A DNA stretch of 64,000 nt from Epithemia pelagica (GCA_946965045.2 OX337241.1:2976001-3040000), one strand, 5' to 3'; numbered from the stretch's first letter, positions 1 through 13,070 are shown. Numbers and translations are program-made. Notes: generated by a model not told the origin, from the sequence alone.

Positions 1-1691
1 TGAATGAGTCGAGTTATCTTGCTGTGGAAGATTATGGTTGCGTGCCTGAAACACATGGCACAGCGACTTATTTGGACGGTCATCTTCGTTCCGACCATGC
101 GTTTAATTGTGTGGAGTCCGGTCCTTCTATGGCTAATGCCTGCGTAAGAGGACAGTACCCCGTCTTTCGATGCTCGTGGCGGTTTTGGGTGACAGGACAA
201 TTGCGAATCCTTTGGAATTTTTCGCACCGACGTGTTCGATATTTTCTCCAATACAGCAACTATGCATTATCATGAGGTCGGCAATTTGCTCGCAATGGAC
301 CAGAACGACAACACGGAATCGAGTCTCGTCGTTGCCACACCACAACCTTCCGAGCTACGAACGCAGCCACAAATGAAGAAGTACCTCAATTGGACGAAAC
401 TGCTGACGGCGCTATTGCCGTGGAACCGGCTGTGTTCAATTCCATCTTGGAAGTCGGAGCATTGACGGCGGCGACGACAACGACAACGAATCAGGAAACC
501 TCCACCACCGCTATTCCCTGTCGCACTATTGCTCGTTCGACTGCTAATGCCTGGAAACAAGCTGCTCCCCATCGCGATGTCTTGCCCCTCAATGACAGTT
601 CGCCAAACCTTGTTGCACGATTATAACACTGTCGAGCAGCAGTGTTGGACTTCGATCACTACCGCATTTAAGCCTCGTACCGAACTCAGCAGTACCAACA
701 ACAAAACCACGACCACGAATGGCGCCGATCATGTCTTGGCTGTCGTCTAATAGAACTTGTTCTTGTTCTTCTTCGTTGGATTCTGGTTCTTGGTGGTGCG
801 AATCTTCGTCTGGTCGATGTGGAAGGGCGATGGGACCCTTTCCCGTAATCAATTCTTTACCTTTTGTTTCTCCCGTGTCGGGTGCATGACGTAACCGTGT
901 CGATTCAAATGACGATTGCACCAATGACCCTTGTACATGAAATCCTCGACAATGCCCACATAGCTCCAAACATCGGATCGAGCCGAGTAAAAGGCCACAT
1001 AGACCACCAAGGTAATCGCAGTGCCACGGAGCAGCCACCATTGGGTGTCATTTGGCAAGAATGACAAACCATTGAGAGTTGTCGCATCTTTATGTGGAGA
1101 TTTGCTGTCCGTAGATTGGAGCGATGCGAACTTGAGGGTCCATGCAAACTCTCGCGAATTGTTCCCCAACGTGCTCCACGACCATTCGTCGTTTCATTTT
1201 GGGACTGATCCTTGGCCTCGTAATTCAATTGTCACGGATTGAAGAAGGCCACTTCATGGTTGTTGTCCTCAATCATCGCTTCTTGAAGAGACATGTTGGT
1301 GAAATTGATTGATAAGGTCAAGTCGTCGCCGTCCTCATCTTCGCCGTCATCGTGGTCGATGCGACGGATTAGTCTCCAGCGGGGGTGAGGAGTCGGGTCG
1401 CATATGTGTCGTGCTTTTGGTGTTGTTACTTCTAATTCACGAATTCTTATGACTACCTCCCGCTGGGAGTTAGTCATGGACGTGCACTATAGCCTGTACC
1501 TACAATCTTTATGACAGTAAAAGATACTAATAGGTAGGTAGAAACGCTAGGAATGTTTTGTGGCGCGGGGTCGACTACAATGGACGATGTGGAATGTGGA
1601 CGGCCATATCTCTAGTTCCAAGTTCCAACCCACCACCATCACAACATGCACTGCGCAACTTTACAGCAATCGATACCGCTCGAGATGACTT

Positions 1692-2873
1692 TTGATGGTT
1701 ACAAGAACGAGGTTGCAATGGTCAACCGTGGAACAAGAGCAGTGTCAACAACAGCTCAATGGCGCATCATGGGATCGATTTGCCGACCGATTGGCTTTTT
1801 CGGATGACACCGTGGCCCGTGTGGCCCGAAAATTGCAACGTCACATCAATCAAATCTTGTATGAGGACGCCGAATTGGAACCTGTGACAGACAACCATGA
1901 AGTGGAGTTGCAGGGCTATGCCACCACGTTGGTGTGGAAAACACCCTTTGAGTCGTTGTACCTCCACAACAAGAATCCCAAAACAACCAACATGAATCCA
2001 TTGGAGGCGTTGAGACAGTGTTCCTTGTACGATTTTAAGCGTGTCGATGTGGCCTTTACGGAGGGTCGACCACTCCCCAACGACACGTATAAGAAGATCC
2101 ACGGCCTGTGAGGAACCAACAACCAGACAAACTGTGGACCCTTCATTGCATGGTTGTATATTCCAACAACCGCAAGGCTTGCAGCAACTGGATTGTCCAT
2201 TTTTGTCATCTTTCTTATTGTTCTTGGATCTCGACCAGAAATGTTCCACTTGGTCCGCAAAGCCACGTGGTGACCACCTCTTCTTGTTGGCACCCACCAA
2301 CAAATTGCTGTTCTATTACGAGAGGGGATTGGAAACAAACCGTGGTTGCAGGCAAGGAGCATGGTTCTTTGCGAGAGGCACCACGAAACGCTTTATACTA
2401 CTACTACCACGCATCCCGAAACTTACATGGCGAGAGTTTGCCGATTCAGTTGGCCTGTCAAGCCCATATGACCGAATGTGTTCGCTTCTTGTTCAAGTTT
2501 CCTTCTCTCATGGAAGAACTTGATAACCAGGGACGTACACCGCATCTATTTTTGTAATACCCTCTTGGCTACGATATCTTGCAAGTTGAACAGGCCACGA
2601 TACAAACCCCTGCAACATCGTCATCGTCGTGGTTGAGATTTCATCTCGTCAGGAGGACATTTGCGACAGTCAAGTTCCTCCAGAACAAAGCCAAGAAAAA
2701 CCCACCAAATCAAATTGAGGGTCGTGCCAGTTGTCGCAATTGACCAGAACAACTACAAGGAATCGAGTCTTGTCATTGCCACACCACAACCTCCCGAACT
2801 ACCAACACAGCCACAAAAGAAGAAGACCCTCTTCCTGACGTACCGCAATTGGACGAAACCATCTTGGAAGTGA
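1692..2873 (+). pseudogene. Decayed ORF, possible membrane protein (interspersed multi-copy family)
   Basis: The 139-aa ORF 1692-2111 continues in the same frame past stops (GPFIAWLYI..LSIFVIFLIVLG..LLREGIGNKPWLQ) up to the 2661-2873 ORF (PQPPELPTQPQKKK). Related pieces at ~8650-9030, ~11330-11800, ~29530-29700 and ~30690-30800. No family recognised. Confidence 0.35.
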
Positions 2874-3539
2874 GCATTGACGACGACGACAACGAGTCAG
2901 GAAACTTCCACCACCACTACCTCCTGCTTGTTCGATTGTTCATGCCTGGAAAAAACTCCTCCTCATCGCGATGTCGTGCCCCTCGATGCCAGTTCCGCTG
3001 AAACCTTGTTGCACGATACAACACTGTCGTACAAGAGTACTCTACCTCCACTTTGTGCCTCGCACTGAACTCAGCAGCATAAACAAGAAAACCACGACCA
3101 CGAATGCGGCCGATCATGTCTTGGCCGTCTTGGAAGCCTAGCCACCCACACCGTATGAATGATTGGTCGTGTTGGAACAGTGGTCGCCCGAGGCGGTCGT
3201 GCCTGAATGGTTCTGTTCGTCGCTGTCGGAATGGCGCAATTCGCGTGTCTGTTTCTTGTTTGTTGTGGACAGGATCGGATCTCACAGAATGCAGATTGGG
3301 GACTGGAGGAAGGACGATTTGGTGAGAAAGGAACAGAGGGTATCCAAAGCATGGTTCCTTGTAAGCTTATAGAGAACGAGTCATATTTGCCTTCGCATTT
3401 GCCATGGATTATGTTTGTCGTTTGTCTGGATGGTCCATGTTTCCTTTGCGTCTTTCTGCGTGCCCGTGGATTGTCATGCGACCACTTTGGTCACGGTATC
3501 GCACCGTTGCTCTTTTTGCCCTTCTCCTGCGTACAAAAT

Positions 3540-4480
3540 AAATAGTCATACTGCGGTGTTTCATTGGTTCAAGTCGACAGTTTGAGCATACTTTTGGCCA
3601 ACTCGGTATACCAAACGACAACATGCGCTTGAGAGTAATGGAAAGTTTGGCTGGTAGCTTCTAAGATGCATCCTTTCTCTCTCCACCTGCACTTTGAATC
3701 CGGATAGCATTGTGATTCTTGTGAGTGAATCAGCTATTTCCAAAAGGCTTCTACCGAGGTCGACAACGCTTAAGGACACACAGTCGCCACGAAAGCTCAT
3801 GACTGTTGGACCATACGGAATAGCCAGTTTGAGACAGGAATCAAGAAAGTGCAAATCTCTGCAGTTCTCTTGTGCGACTCGTTAGTTCTGAGTTGTTTGA
3901 TATTGCCTCCCAATCGCGAACCACCTGTGATCGTGATACTATGATTCCCTTCTTGTATGCTTTGGTTGCTCGTGGCTCTTACCAACAAGAGGATGGGGCC
4001 ATGTTGCAAGGCGGAAGAGGAACATGGTTCCATGTCGAATAAAGTGGTGGTGGAAGTCATTGATTCGGCGCAACAGTCCCCCTTGCGAGTGCCAGAGTGG
4101 CGTGGGTGTTTGTCCATTGTTGTGGTTTGGGACGATGAGACTTTGTCATTGTCTCGTCAAGGTCCTGCTGCTATTGTCTTGAGGCAGGGCGGCCGCCGTC
4201 GTCATCATGCTAGGGAAAACCTTGACTTGTGGTGGTCGTTGTAGGGAGGGGAGGTGTCTTGTTGGTGTGTGGTTATTGGTGAAAGCAACCTCACCACTCG
4301 TTGTTCTACCACAGCTGAGTGACCGTTGGCCAAACTCGAGGCTTGTTCCAATCCTGTACATTCATGACCCATCCGCAGATGTACCCGTCCACAATTGGCT
4401 TTGTTCATTCCGAAGGCTGGTTTCTCTAAATTGTCGTGACAGTGGGGTCCTTATCTGGTTTGGCTCTATAAAAGGCTGTG
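3540..4480. repeat. Duplicated intergenic block upstream of K1 (paralogue ~24545-25980 upstream of K8)
   Basis: Near-identical ~450-bp stretch (CCACCTGCACTTTGAATCCGGATAGC...) at ~3540-3990 and ~24545-25000, then further shared blocks. Confidence 0.85.
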
Positions 4481-4778
4481 GGTCGTTTTGACATGAGAAT
4501 GTTTCGACGGTTTGTTCTTGTGGATGTTGTCCATCGTTTGGTTTTGGGAACAGATTTGGATTCGCGCATCTTTTGTGGGGAAAGATACGCTCTGCTTGCT
4601 GTGGTCGTGTCATGAAGTCTATGTGCGATATCGTACATGCGACAGACGCTCTTTGTGGGTCCAAAGCTTCCACGTGTCTTCTAAGAGAGTCCTCGTCGTG
4701 CTTCCATCCATACAAATCAGACTCGCAACAGCCGCAAACGCACTCCTCATAAATTCTGCAGTCGAAACGTTTGCAACC

Positions 4779-5996
4779 ATGACAACCACATTGAAAGAAG
4801 AAGCCTGGCGGTCGGGCCTTGTCCTTTCAGACGGGACAGCAGAATGGAATGAAAACGACTGGCCTCCTCTTATGGGTGGATGGCGTTATCGTCATGCTAC
4901 GGTTGTACTAGATCATCCCGATACGAACGGCAGCGACAACAACCCGAAGAGACAAACGGTCGTCGTGATGGGAGGAAATCAACAAGGCGAATATGTCACC
5001 AATTCCGTTCTTGTATTGAACTTGGCAAACCCAAACAAACAGTGGCGAGAAGGGCCACCTATGAACAAGAGTCGTCGAGGACATGCCGCTGTTGTGTGCA
5101 ACTGAGCCGTCTACGTGATGGGAAGATATGCTGACAATTCAATGTTCGATTGCATGGAACGCATTGATGCCAACTATTTGCTGCAATCATCTTCGACATC
5201 AAGCATCGCACACGAGAGGAACTGGACCACATTGACATGTCGATTATCAGAGGAACGATGGGGATGTGGTGCTGTTGCGGTGCACAACCGATACATCATT
5301 GTAATGGGTGGCTACAGCAATCGTTATTTGTCGTCGGTGGATATTTTTGATACCAGGCACCACACCGTCACTGCGGGACCATCCATGGATGTCCCTCGAA
5401 TAAGATGTGCCAGTGCGGTTATTGGTCACCGCATCTTTGTCGTTAGGGGCCACAACGAGACTGGCCATCTTGACTCAGTTGAGTACTTGGACTATGCAAC
5501 ACCCTGTGACAATGATGAGACAAAAAAAGAATATGGCTCGACGTTCATTTCTTTCTCTTCCACCTGGACCACTCATTCGGAGTTGAGGCTTTCCAGTACA
5601 CGAAGTGCTTGTGCAATGGTTGCCGTGGAATCTTGTCTGGTTGTGGCCGGAGGAAACCGTGATACCGTGGAAGTCTTGGATACGTACCGCAACTACGTGT
5701 GGAATCTCCCACCATTGAGTAATTCCCGCAATCGCTGCAGTATGGTGACTGTTGCCAATCAAGTTGCCGTGATTGGTGGAGGGCGAAATTCTACCTGTGC
5801 GACATTACCACTAATGGATAGGAATTCGTGGTGTTTTCGTCGACTCTGTGAGCAGCAATCGAACAGATGGTATCATTCTCTTGAAGGTGCGGATGTCCGA
5901 GATGATGATATCTCACCCCTCTTCACATCAACATTAGCTTGTAAACGAGCAAGGTCCAATTCTCTAAGTGGTGATGAAGGGAAGGATGAAGCCTAG
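4779..5996 (+). pseudogene. Kelch-repeat beta-propeller gene, copy K1, single in-frame nonsense codon
   Basis: MTTTLKEEAWRSG start and six kelch blades (VMGG..., R..C/H, W). TGA at 5103-5105 replaces the GGA/GGC/GGT Gly codon of the paralogues, and the frame continues to 5996. Confidence 0.85.
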
Positions 5997-6181
5997 ATGT
6001 TTGTTTTCAAGTCAATGACTTGTTTTCTACATTCGATTGCAATCCTAGAACCTAGTAAGTGGTAACTCAAAAGTAGAAAGCATGTGGAAGTGCCACCGCC
6101 ATGGTTGTGCAGTCGCGAGACAAGAATCTGGGGCTTTGTGGTGGTATCATGGCACTTTGCAGCACACAGAGTCAGCATCCA

Positions 6182-6501
6182 TGGATCACTCATTCTGATT
6201 AGGTTCGTTCCTATCCACGATGTTCTTGTGCAGTGATTGATGTGGGATCCTGGCTGGTCGTGGCCGGACGACGACGCAATGCAACTGTGGAAACCTTTTG
6301 GATACGCACCGCAACCGCGTGTGGACTCTCCCACCCTTTGGAAATCGCCTTGAACGCTGCAGTCTAGTGACTCTTGAGGATCAAATTGCCGCCATTGGTG
6401 GATACAAGAATCCTACCTGTGCGACAGTACCACTAATGGACAAGAATTCGTGGTGTTTTCGACGACTGTGTGAGCAGTACCGCGTCAACATCAAAATCTA
6501 A
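6182..6501 (+). pseudogene. Kelch gene remnant K2 (last blades only)
   Basis: DTHRNRVWTLPPFGN..IGGYKNPTCATVPLMDKNSWCFRRLCEQ matches the C-terminus of the other copies; the 5' part is missing. Confidence 0.8.
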
Positions 6502-7399
6502 ATGAAGCACGACCAATATGCACCGTATTGAACAAGGGAAGGATAAGCCTGAAATGTACAACATGTTGCATGTATGCCCTACAACGGCGAAACTATAGAA
6601 TAATCACTCATGTAATACAGCGTCCGACAGAACGTGATTTTTACGAAAAGACAAAGACTATCAAGAGGTGTGCTTTGTGTTGAGTGTTTTTGTCGCTGTG
6701 TGAATTGCTTTGCCAGCCTCTACCAATCAGATTCAAGAGATGGTTTTGCAGAATTCGCTTTTTTTGGCTGGACTCCAAGAGTCACAAACTAATCACTATG
6801 AATGTAGAGGACGTGCCTCATTCTTTTTTCTGACAGTTTGCTGAATATCACCAAGTTCAATCTTGTACCAAATCTCACCGTCTTCAAACTCACGGTACAC
6901 AATCATGTACCAGAACTGTAGAAGGGGCGTCGCGATTTGCTGTGTCCGACTACACTCGACCGCAATCACACGACAATCTTCATACAGCCACGTGTGTGTT
7001 TGCGTACTCTTGCTGTCGTCGGTATTATTGTCATCGATGACTCGTACTTGATTCGTTTCTCCAATCACGGTAAGAAGATCAAAGCAATATGCCCTGTCCA
7101 CAAATCGAGACTAAACCTTCCATCGGCATGGGCATCGGTAATGAAACCCTTGTACCAATCGGGACCTATGCAAGCTTGAGCAATCAAGCCGGATACCAAC
7201 CGGGCGTCTCCCACGGATTGCATACCCATGCCATCAGTACTGAATATCGGAGATGGTGCCACAATCCCTTGTATAGGTATGAACGGCAAAACCTTTGTTG
7301 TTCAACCATTCAAGAGAAATTGCGAGCAGTCGATGATGATACCTTGTCAATCGTCTCCAAAGCCGAACTCCCATCCAGAGTTGATTGGAGAGGATTTGA

Positions 7400-8500
7400 C
7401 TGAGGACGATCCACGGACAACTATCCACACAACGTTGAAGAAAGAGAGATTCGTGGTTTCAGAATGAGAGATTGAATTGAGGCTTGGTCCACGTCTTCAT
7501 TGGCCGTCATCAACATCCGCTGTTGCAGTTGAAGCTGGTACGGAATGTCGATAGGCCGGTACACACCAACCCGCCATTCCGACTACAACAACGGTTCCAT
7601 GGTTTCGCGAAGTAACCGATGCAGAACGGAGTATATGGCTCTTCCTTGTCTATGACTGATGAGACACCATTGTCGGCCATTTCCTTGTTGTTGCAAAAAT
7701 CGAGCGGGCTCTCCTGTTTGTTGTGAATGCCGTAATGCCTGGTAAATCGAGTGAGCCACCGCACCATGTGCCGTTCGCAGGAGCGTTATGGGTGTTGACA
7801 AAGGCTTTAGACTGTGTCGATTCAAATGACATGACAAAATTGCCACAGTGACCCTTGTGCATCAAATCCTTGACAAGGCCCGATTTACCCAACCGGTTCG
7901 CAATGTTGAGTTGCCCACATATACTGATGCGCCGCGAGTAAAATCCCACATCGACCAACGAGGCTATCGCAGTGGCACGGCTCCAGAAATCAGAACGGCA
8001 ACGGAACGGAGCAACCACCATCCACCACAGTGTCGATTCGAACTTGAGGGTCCATACAAAACCTCTCGCGAATGACTTGCGCTGTCCTGGATCTGTGACT
8101 TGAGTGTTGATCAATCTTGGCAACCGCAATTCAACTGTCACGGATTGGACGAGGCCACTTGATGGTTGTTGTTATCTATCATAGTTTCCGGAAGAGACAT
8201 GTGGGTCAAATTGCTCGATGAGAGGTCAAGTCGTCCTCGTCATCGCCGTCATCGTCTCGTCGATGTTATGGAGTCCCCAGCGGGGGTGAGGAGTCGGGTC
8301 GCATGTGTGTCGTGCTTGTGGTGTTCAAACTACTCTCATTCACTAATCCTCATGACTCAACTCCCATTGGTCGACGTGCTGTACGTATAATATTTTGTAG
8401 AGTAAAAAATATTTCAAACGCTAGGATTGTTCCGTGGCGTCGACGACAATGGACGATAATGTGTGGAATGTGGGCAACCCAACACTGCGCAACCTTACAG
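7400..8500. repeat. Repeated decayed module (copies ~900-1600, ~7400-8500, ~28290-29150)
   Basis: Shared GAACTTGAGGGTCCAT.CAAA, GGGGGTGAGGAGTCGGGTCGCAT.TGTGTCGTGCT and AAACGCTAGGA.TGTT blocks. Confidence 0.85.
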
Positions 8501-9494
8501 CATTCGTATTACCGCCACACATCATGGATGCCATGACTTTGGACGCTTGTCCGTCTCAACCCGCCGATGCCGTGTAGTACTGTCCTGTCATTCAAACAAC
8601 TTTCTTCCCAGAGGATTCGGAAGCCCACCCATGTCTCCATCCACGGCCTGTGGGCAGTTTCGTTTCATCTCGTCGACTCGGTATGCGTAAGGAACCAACA
8701 ACCAGACAGACTGGAGCCTTCATTGCATGGTTGTATATTCAACAACAACAACAACAAACATCACCGTCATCACTGTTACGGTCATTCTCCGCCTTCGCTT
8801 CAATGCCTGCCGCTACTGAATTGGCCATTTTTGTCGAGTTTCTTCTTCTTCTTGGAAAAGAATACTACAAGGACTCGACTTGTCTCGGTCCCCCAAACCA
8901 ACATGGTGGCCAGACCTTTCCTTATGTGCACCCGAAAACAAATTGTTGTTCTTCTTCTGGAGGGGATTGGAAACAAACCTTGGTTGCAGGCACTGCCCAA
9001 CCAGCCATTGGTGTTCTGCAAATCGAGAGGATGACGGAGGAGCACGCACATGCCCTATTGAGTGATATGCTAGTTCCCCATGGCGTTTGGCAGGGCTCGG
9101 AAAATGGTGGAAAAGAGAAACGTAATGCTGGGGTTCTTTGCACAGCACGAAACACTGTGTACTAATAGGACGACGCATCCCGAAAATTGCATGGCGACGA
9201 AGCTGACCGTTGCCAGTACCAGGCTCCCGTGTCATGCGGGACTCCGACCATCGAACAGCACATCAGGATGGAACAACAAGAGCACAGTGTCAACAAGAAC
9301 AGGTCGGAAGAAGCAACTGTCACGATTTGTCTCGTGACGAAAGCTCCTACCACTCTTTGGTCCATCCATTTCGTCCAGTCAGTCGTGCTTCCAGTCCGCA
9401 CCCATCAAAATCACAACGGCAGAGCAAACCTACGTGCCTCTTACAAGACAGTGTCTCGATCCTCATAAATTCTGCAGTGGAAACCTTTGCAACC

Positions 9495-10709
9495 ATGACA
9501 ACAACACTGAAAGAACAAGCATGGCAGTCGGGCCTTGTCTTGTTGAACAAGACACCAGAATGGAATGAAGACGACTGGCCTCCTCTTGAGGGTGGATGGC
9601 GTTCGCTTCATGCTACGGTCGTACTCCATCATCCCAATAAGAACGACGACAACAACAACAGGCGACAAACGGTCGTCGTGATGGGAGGTTGGCATCAACG
9701 CCAAGGTGGCACCAATTCTGTTCTTGTATTGAATCTAGCAGACGCAAACAAGCGATGGCGAGAAGGACCACCTATGAACAAGAAACGTTTCGAACATGCT
9801 GCTGTTGTGTGCAATGGCGTTGTCTACGTAATGGGAGGATACGATGAAGGTCCATTGGATTGTATCGAACAAATTGATGACGACGATTTGCTGCAATCAT
9901 CCTTAACAACAAGCAGCACGCGTAAAAGCAGTTGGGTGACATTGAAATGTCGTTTATCAACGGGCCGATGTGGATGTTGTGCTGTTGCGGTTCACAACCG
10001 ACACATTGTTGTGATGGGTGGCTACAACGATCTTTATTTGTCGTCGGTGGATATTATAGATACAAACAACCACATAGTCACTGCGGGACCATCGATGACT
10101 GTTCCTCGATTTTGTTGTGCCAGTGCTGTCATTGGACACCGCATCTTTGTCGTTGGAGGTCATAACGATAATGGCCATCTTGACTCGGTGGAGTATTTGG
10201 ACCATGCAACACCCCTTGACAGTGATGAGACAAAAAAGGAGACTGGCTCGACATTCCTTTCTTTCTCGTCCACCTGGATCACTCATCCTGATTTGGTGCT
10301 TTCCAACCCTAGAGATTCTTGTGCAATGGTTGCTGTGGGATCGTGTCTGGTGGTGGCTGGTAGACAAGGCCATTCAACCGTGGAAGTCTTGGATACGCGC
10401 CGCAACCGCGTTTGGAATCTCCCACCAGTCGGAAATGACCGCGAAGGCTTCAGTCTAGTAACTGTTGCCAATCAAGTTGCCGTGATTGGTGGATGGTTCA
10501 ATCCTACCTGTGCAACATTACCACTAATGGACAAGAATACGTGGTGTTTTCGTCGACTCTGTGAGCATCAATCGAACGGGTGGCATCATTCTCTTGAAGG
10601 TATTGGTATCCAAGATGCTGATATCTCACCCGTCTCCACATTGACATTAGCTTGTAAACGAGCAAGGACCAATACATGCCAAAATGATAGAGGGAATGAT
10701 GAAACCTAG
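9495..10709 (+). CDS. Kelch-repeat beta-propeller protein K3 (404 aa)
   Basis: Uninterrupted ORF from the conserved MTTTLKEQAWQSG start, six kelch repeats, no F-box/BTB seen; C-terminal CKRARTN. Confidence 0.9.
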   Translation: MTTTLKEQAWQSGLVLLNKTPEWNEDDWPPLEGGWRSLHATVVLHHPNKNDDNNNRRQTVVVMGGWHQRQGGTNSVLVLNLADANKRWREGPPMNKKRFEHAAVVCNGVVYVMGGYDEGPLDCIEQIDDDDLLQSSLTTSSTRKSSWVTLKCRLSTGRCGCCAVAVHNRHIVVMGGYNDLYLSSVDIIDTNNHIVTAGPSMTVPRFCCASAVIGHRIFVVGGHNDNGHLDSVEYLDHATPLDSDETKKETGSTFLSFSSTWITHPDLVLSNPRDSCAMVAVGSCLVVAGRQGHSTVEVLDTRRNRVWNLPPVGNDREGFSLVTVANQVAVIGGWFNPTCATLPLMDKNTWCFRRLCEHQSNGWHHSLEGIGIQDADISPVSTLTLACKRARTNTCQNDRGNDET

Positions 10710-10719
10710 CCGTTTGTTT

Positions 10720-11300
10720 TCGAGTGGTTGACTTTTGTTTTCTACATTCGATTGCAATCCTAGAACCTAGTATTAAGTGTTTACTCAAATGTAGAAAGAA
10801 TATATTGCAAGATAGAAGATGCGTGTTTGTTGTAAAACCGATTTGTGTACCTCTAAAAGTGGTACTACTCTTCGGTCATCACCAATTAATACCTGTCAGT
10901 TGTGGGACAGTGCCACCACCGTGACAGTGCAGTCTTGAGACCAGAATCGGGTACTTTGTGGTGGCACCATGTTACTCTACATAACACAGCGTCGTCCATC
11001 GATTGGTGCTGTGGCAGGGAGGCCACCAACCAATGAGAGGGCAGGAGGAGAAACATGACAAGGCGACACCTTGTTGGACCTGATCTTGTCCGGTTCCTAT
11101 TGTTCTTCCTCGAAAGATGACAATGGGCCGAGTTGGGATGGAAGTAAGAAGGGTGGACCGTGTCATATCCAATTCCGACATGATGACCAAGAACAGGTTG
11201 TCCCTTTCGGAGGAGTCACCGCGCTCCAATCGCAAATGCCTTCTTCTAGCTGCTGTTGTATGTGAATCGCAATACGTTGCTGCACTTGTCATATGATGTC
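10720..11300. repeat. Duplicated downstream block of K3 (paralogue ~14790-15310 downstream of K4)
   Basis: Shared TTCGATTGCAATCCTAG, TGTGGGACAGTGCCAC, CCTTGTTGGACCTGA and CAATACGTTGCTGCACTTG segments. Confidence 0.85.
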
Positions 11301-12020
11301 AAGCCAGTATGGCCCAAGGAAGATGACGAGTCCAAGAGGAATCCACCAAGTCGGAACGAGGATCGTCCCAGTTGTCGCAATGGACCAGAACGAAAACAAG
11401 GAATCGAGTCTCGCCGTTGCCACATCACAACCTCCGGAACTACCAACACAGCCACAAAAGAAGAAGGCCGTCATCTTTCCTCCTCCGGACATACCTCAGT
11501 TGGACGAAACTGATAGTATCATTGCCGTGGCACCGACTGTGTTCAATTCCATCTTCGAAGTCGGAGCATTGACGACGACGTCGACGAGTCAGGCAACGTC
11601 CACCGCCACTACGTTCTTTCGCAGCATTGCTCGTTTGATTGCTCATGCCCGGAAACAAGCTGCTCCCCTTCACAATGCCTTGCCCCTCAATGCCAGTTCC
11701 GCCGATACCGTACAGCACCAACAAAACTACGACCCGCGCCGATCATGTCTTGGCTATCGTCAAACAGCAGTGGTGGATCTCGATCACTACCACAGTTGAG
11801 TCTCGTAGCGAACTCAGCAGTACCAACAACAAAACCACGACCACGAATAGTGCCGATCATGTCTTGGCTGTAGTCTACTAGAACTTCTTGTTGTTCTTCT
11901 TCTTGTTCGCTGAATTCTGGTTGGTGTTGCTGCCTTGCCGTTCCACACCAACACCCAGCTTGAATCTTCGTATGTAGACTTGAAAGGGCGATGCGACCCT
12001 TTCCCACAATCAATTCTTCA

Positions 12021-12710
12021 CTAGGGAGTCGAATTGCGTTCCGTACTTCGATCCGTAGTACTGGAGGAAGATTCTCGTTCCCGTCCTAGTGTTCTCCTTT
12101 CTTTGTTGTTTGTTACACTAGGACTCCTGTTGCGAATCGAAAACCAAGGGGCGAATTCTAGCTTGTTGCGATCAAAGTTGTCGTTGAGAATGGTGTTCTT
12201 CTTTTGTCCAGTGTGACAACGACAAATGCGGTTTGGTTGTTGTACGTTTGATATGGGATTCCATCGAGGTTTCTTTCCTGGCTTGCGCTGTTGCGGCGAC
12301 ACTTGATGCTGCGTTTCATCCAATGGACATTTGGTGATTGGCTGCAACGACCAAGACTTGGTAGTCGACGATACTGGACTGGAGGAGCACTTCCCACATA
12401 CAAGTCCAACGCCAAGAGAGACACGTCTCCACACCGTCGTCAGATCGGTCCATGGAGATCCACAATAACAGTTTGCAGAGTACAAAGTATAGCCACTTTC
12501 CCATGGCACTATCACGGAGGAAGGAAAAAAAGACCATGGCAGTGCTGCGGCATCCCCACCCACCACCTCGTGTCCAAGTATGGCTTGCTGGATTGTCCAT
12601 GCGAGCAAACAAACGGCAAACATCTGGATTCTAAATGACAGCACTTGTGGTGCATACATGAGTATAACACTTTGGTCCTCCACTGTTGCACGTCTAGTGG
12701 AGGAGGACAA
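12021..12710 (-). CDS. Hypothetical protein (229-aa ORF, hydrophobic segment near the N-terminus)
   Basis: Longest non-Kelch, non-TE ORF; contains MFAVCLLAWTIQQAILG. No recognisable domain, so it may be spurious. Confidence 0.2.
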   Translation of the reverse strand: MSSSTRRATVEDQSVILMYAPQVLSFRIQMFAVCLLAWTIQQAILGHEVVGGDAAALPWSFFPSSVIVPWESGYTLYSANCYCGSPWTDLTTVWRRVSLGVGLVCGKCSSSPVSSTTKSWSLQPITKCPLDETQHQVSPQQRKPGKKPRWNPISNVQQPNRICRCHTGQKKNTILNDNFDRNKLEFAPWFSIRNRSPSVTNNKERRTLGRERESSSSTTDRSTERNSTP

Positions 12711-13070
12711 TCTTTGTTACAAAAAGCACAATAGTGGCCGTGTGGTGCTGATTGCTGATTTTGTCGTTTCAATGGATCTTATAGCGATCCAAAGAAGACG
12801 AATGCAGGCGTCTGCTGTGAGCTAATGCAACACGGGAAGCGAGTCAGAATGGGATGAATGACATACATGAGTATAACACTTTGGTCCTCCACTGTTGCAC
12901 GTCTAGTGGAGGAGGACAATCTTTGTTACAAAAAGCACAATAGTGGCCGTATGGTGCTGATTGCTGATTTTGTCGTTTCAATGGATCTTAAAGCGATCCA
13001 AAGAAGACGAATGCAGGCGTCTGCTGTGAGCTAATGCAACACGGGAAGCGAGTCAGAATGGGATGAATGA
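12653..13070. repeat. 209-bp tandem duplication (2 units)
   Basis: CATACATGAGTATAACAC... starts at 12653 and again at 12862; 2 mismatches seen. Confidence 0.95.

Noticed and set aside
5103-5105. Programmed readthrough at the internal stops of K1 (TGA) and K7 (TAG, 22763)
   Set aside because: The stops are at different positions, each is one substitution from the conserved codon, and the contexts (GCC, AAA) are not leaky. Ordinary nonsense mutations.
9210-9494. Long N-terminal extensions of Kelch ORFs (also 4512, 17836, 21441, 26048)
   Set aside because: They differ between copies and contain no F-box/BTB motif; all copies converge on the M(T/P)TTLK start, so they are treated as upstream sequence.
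12653-13070. CRISPR-like or other arrays
   Set aside because: Only simple two-unit duplications occur; no repeat-spacer periodicity and no cas genes.
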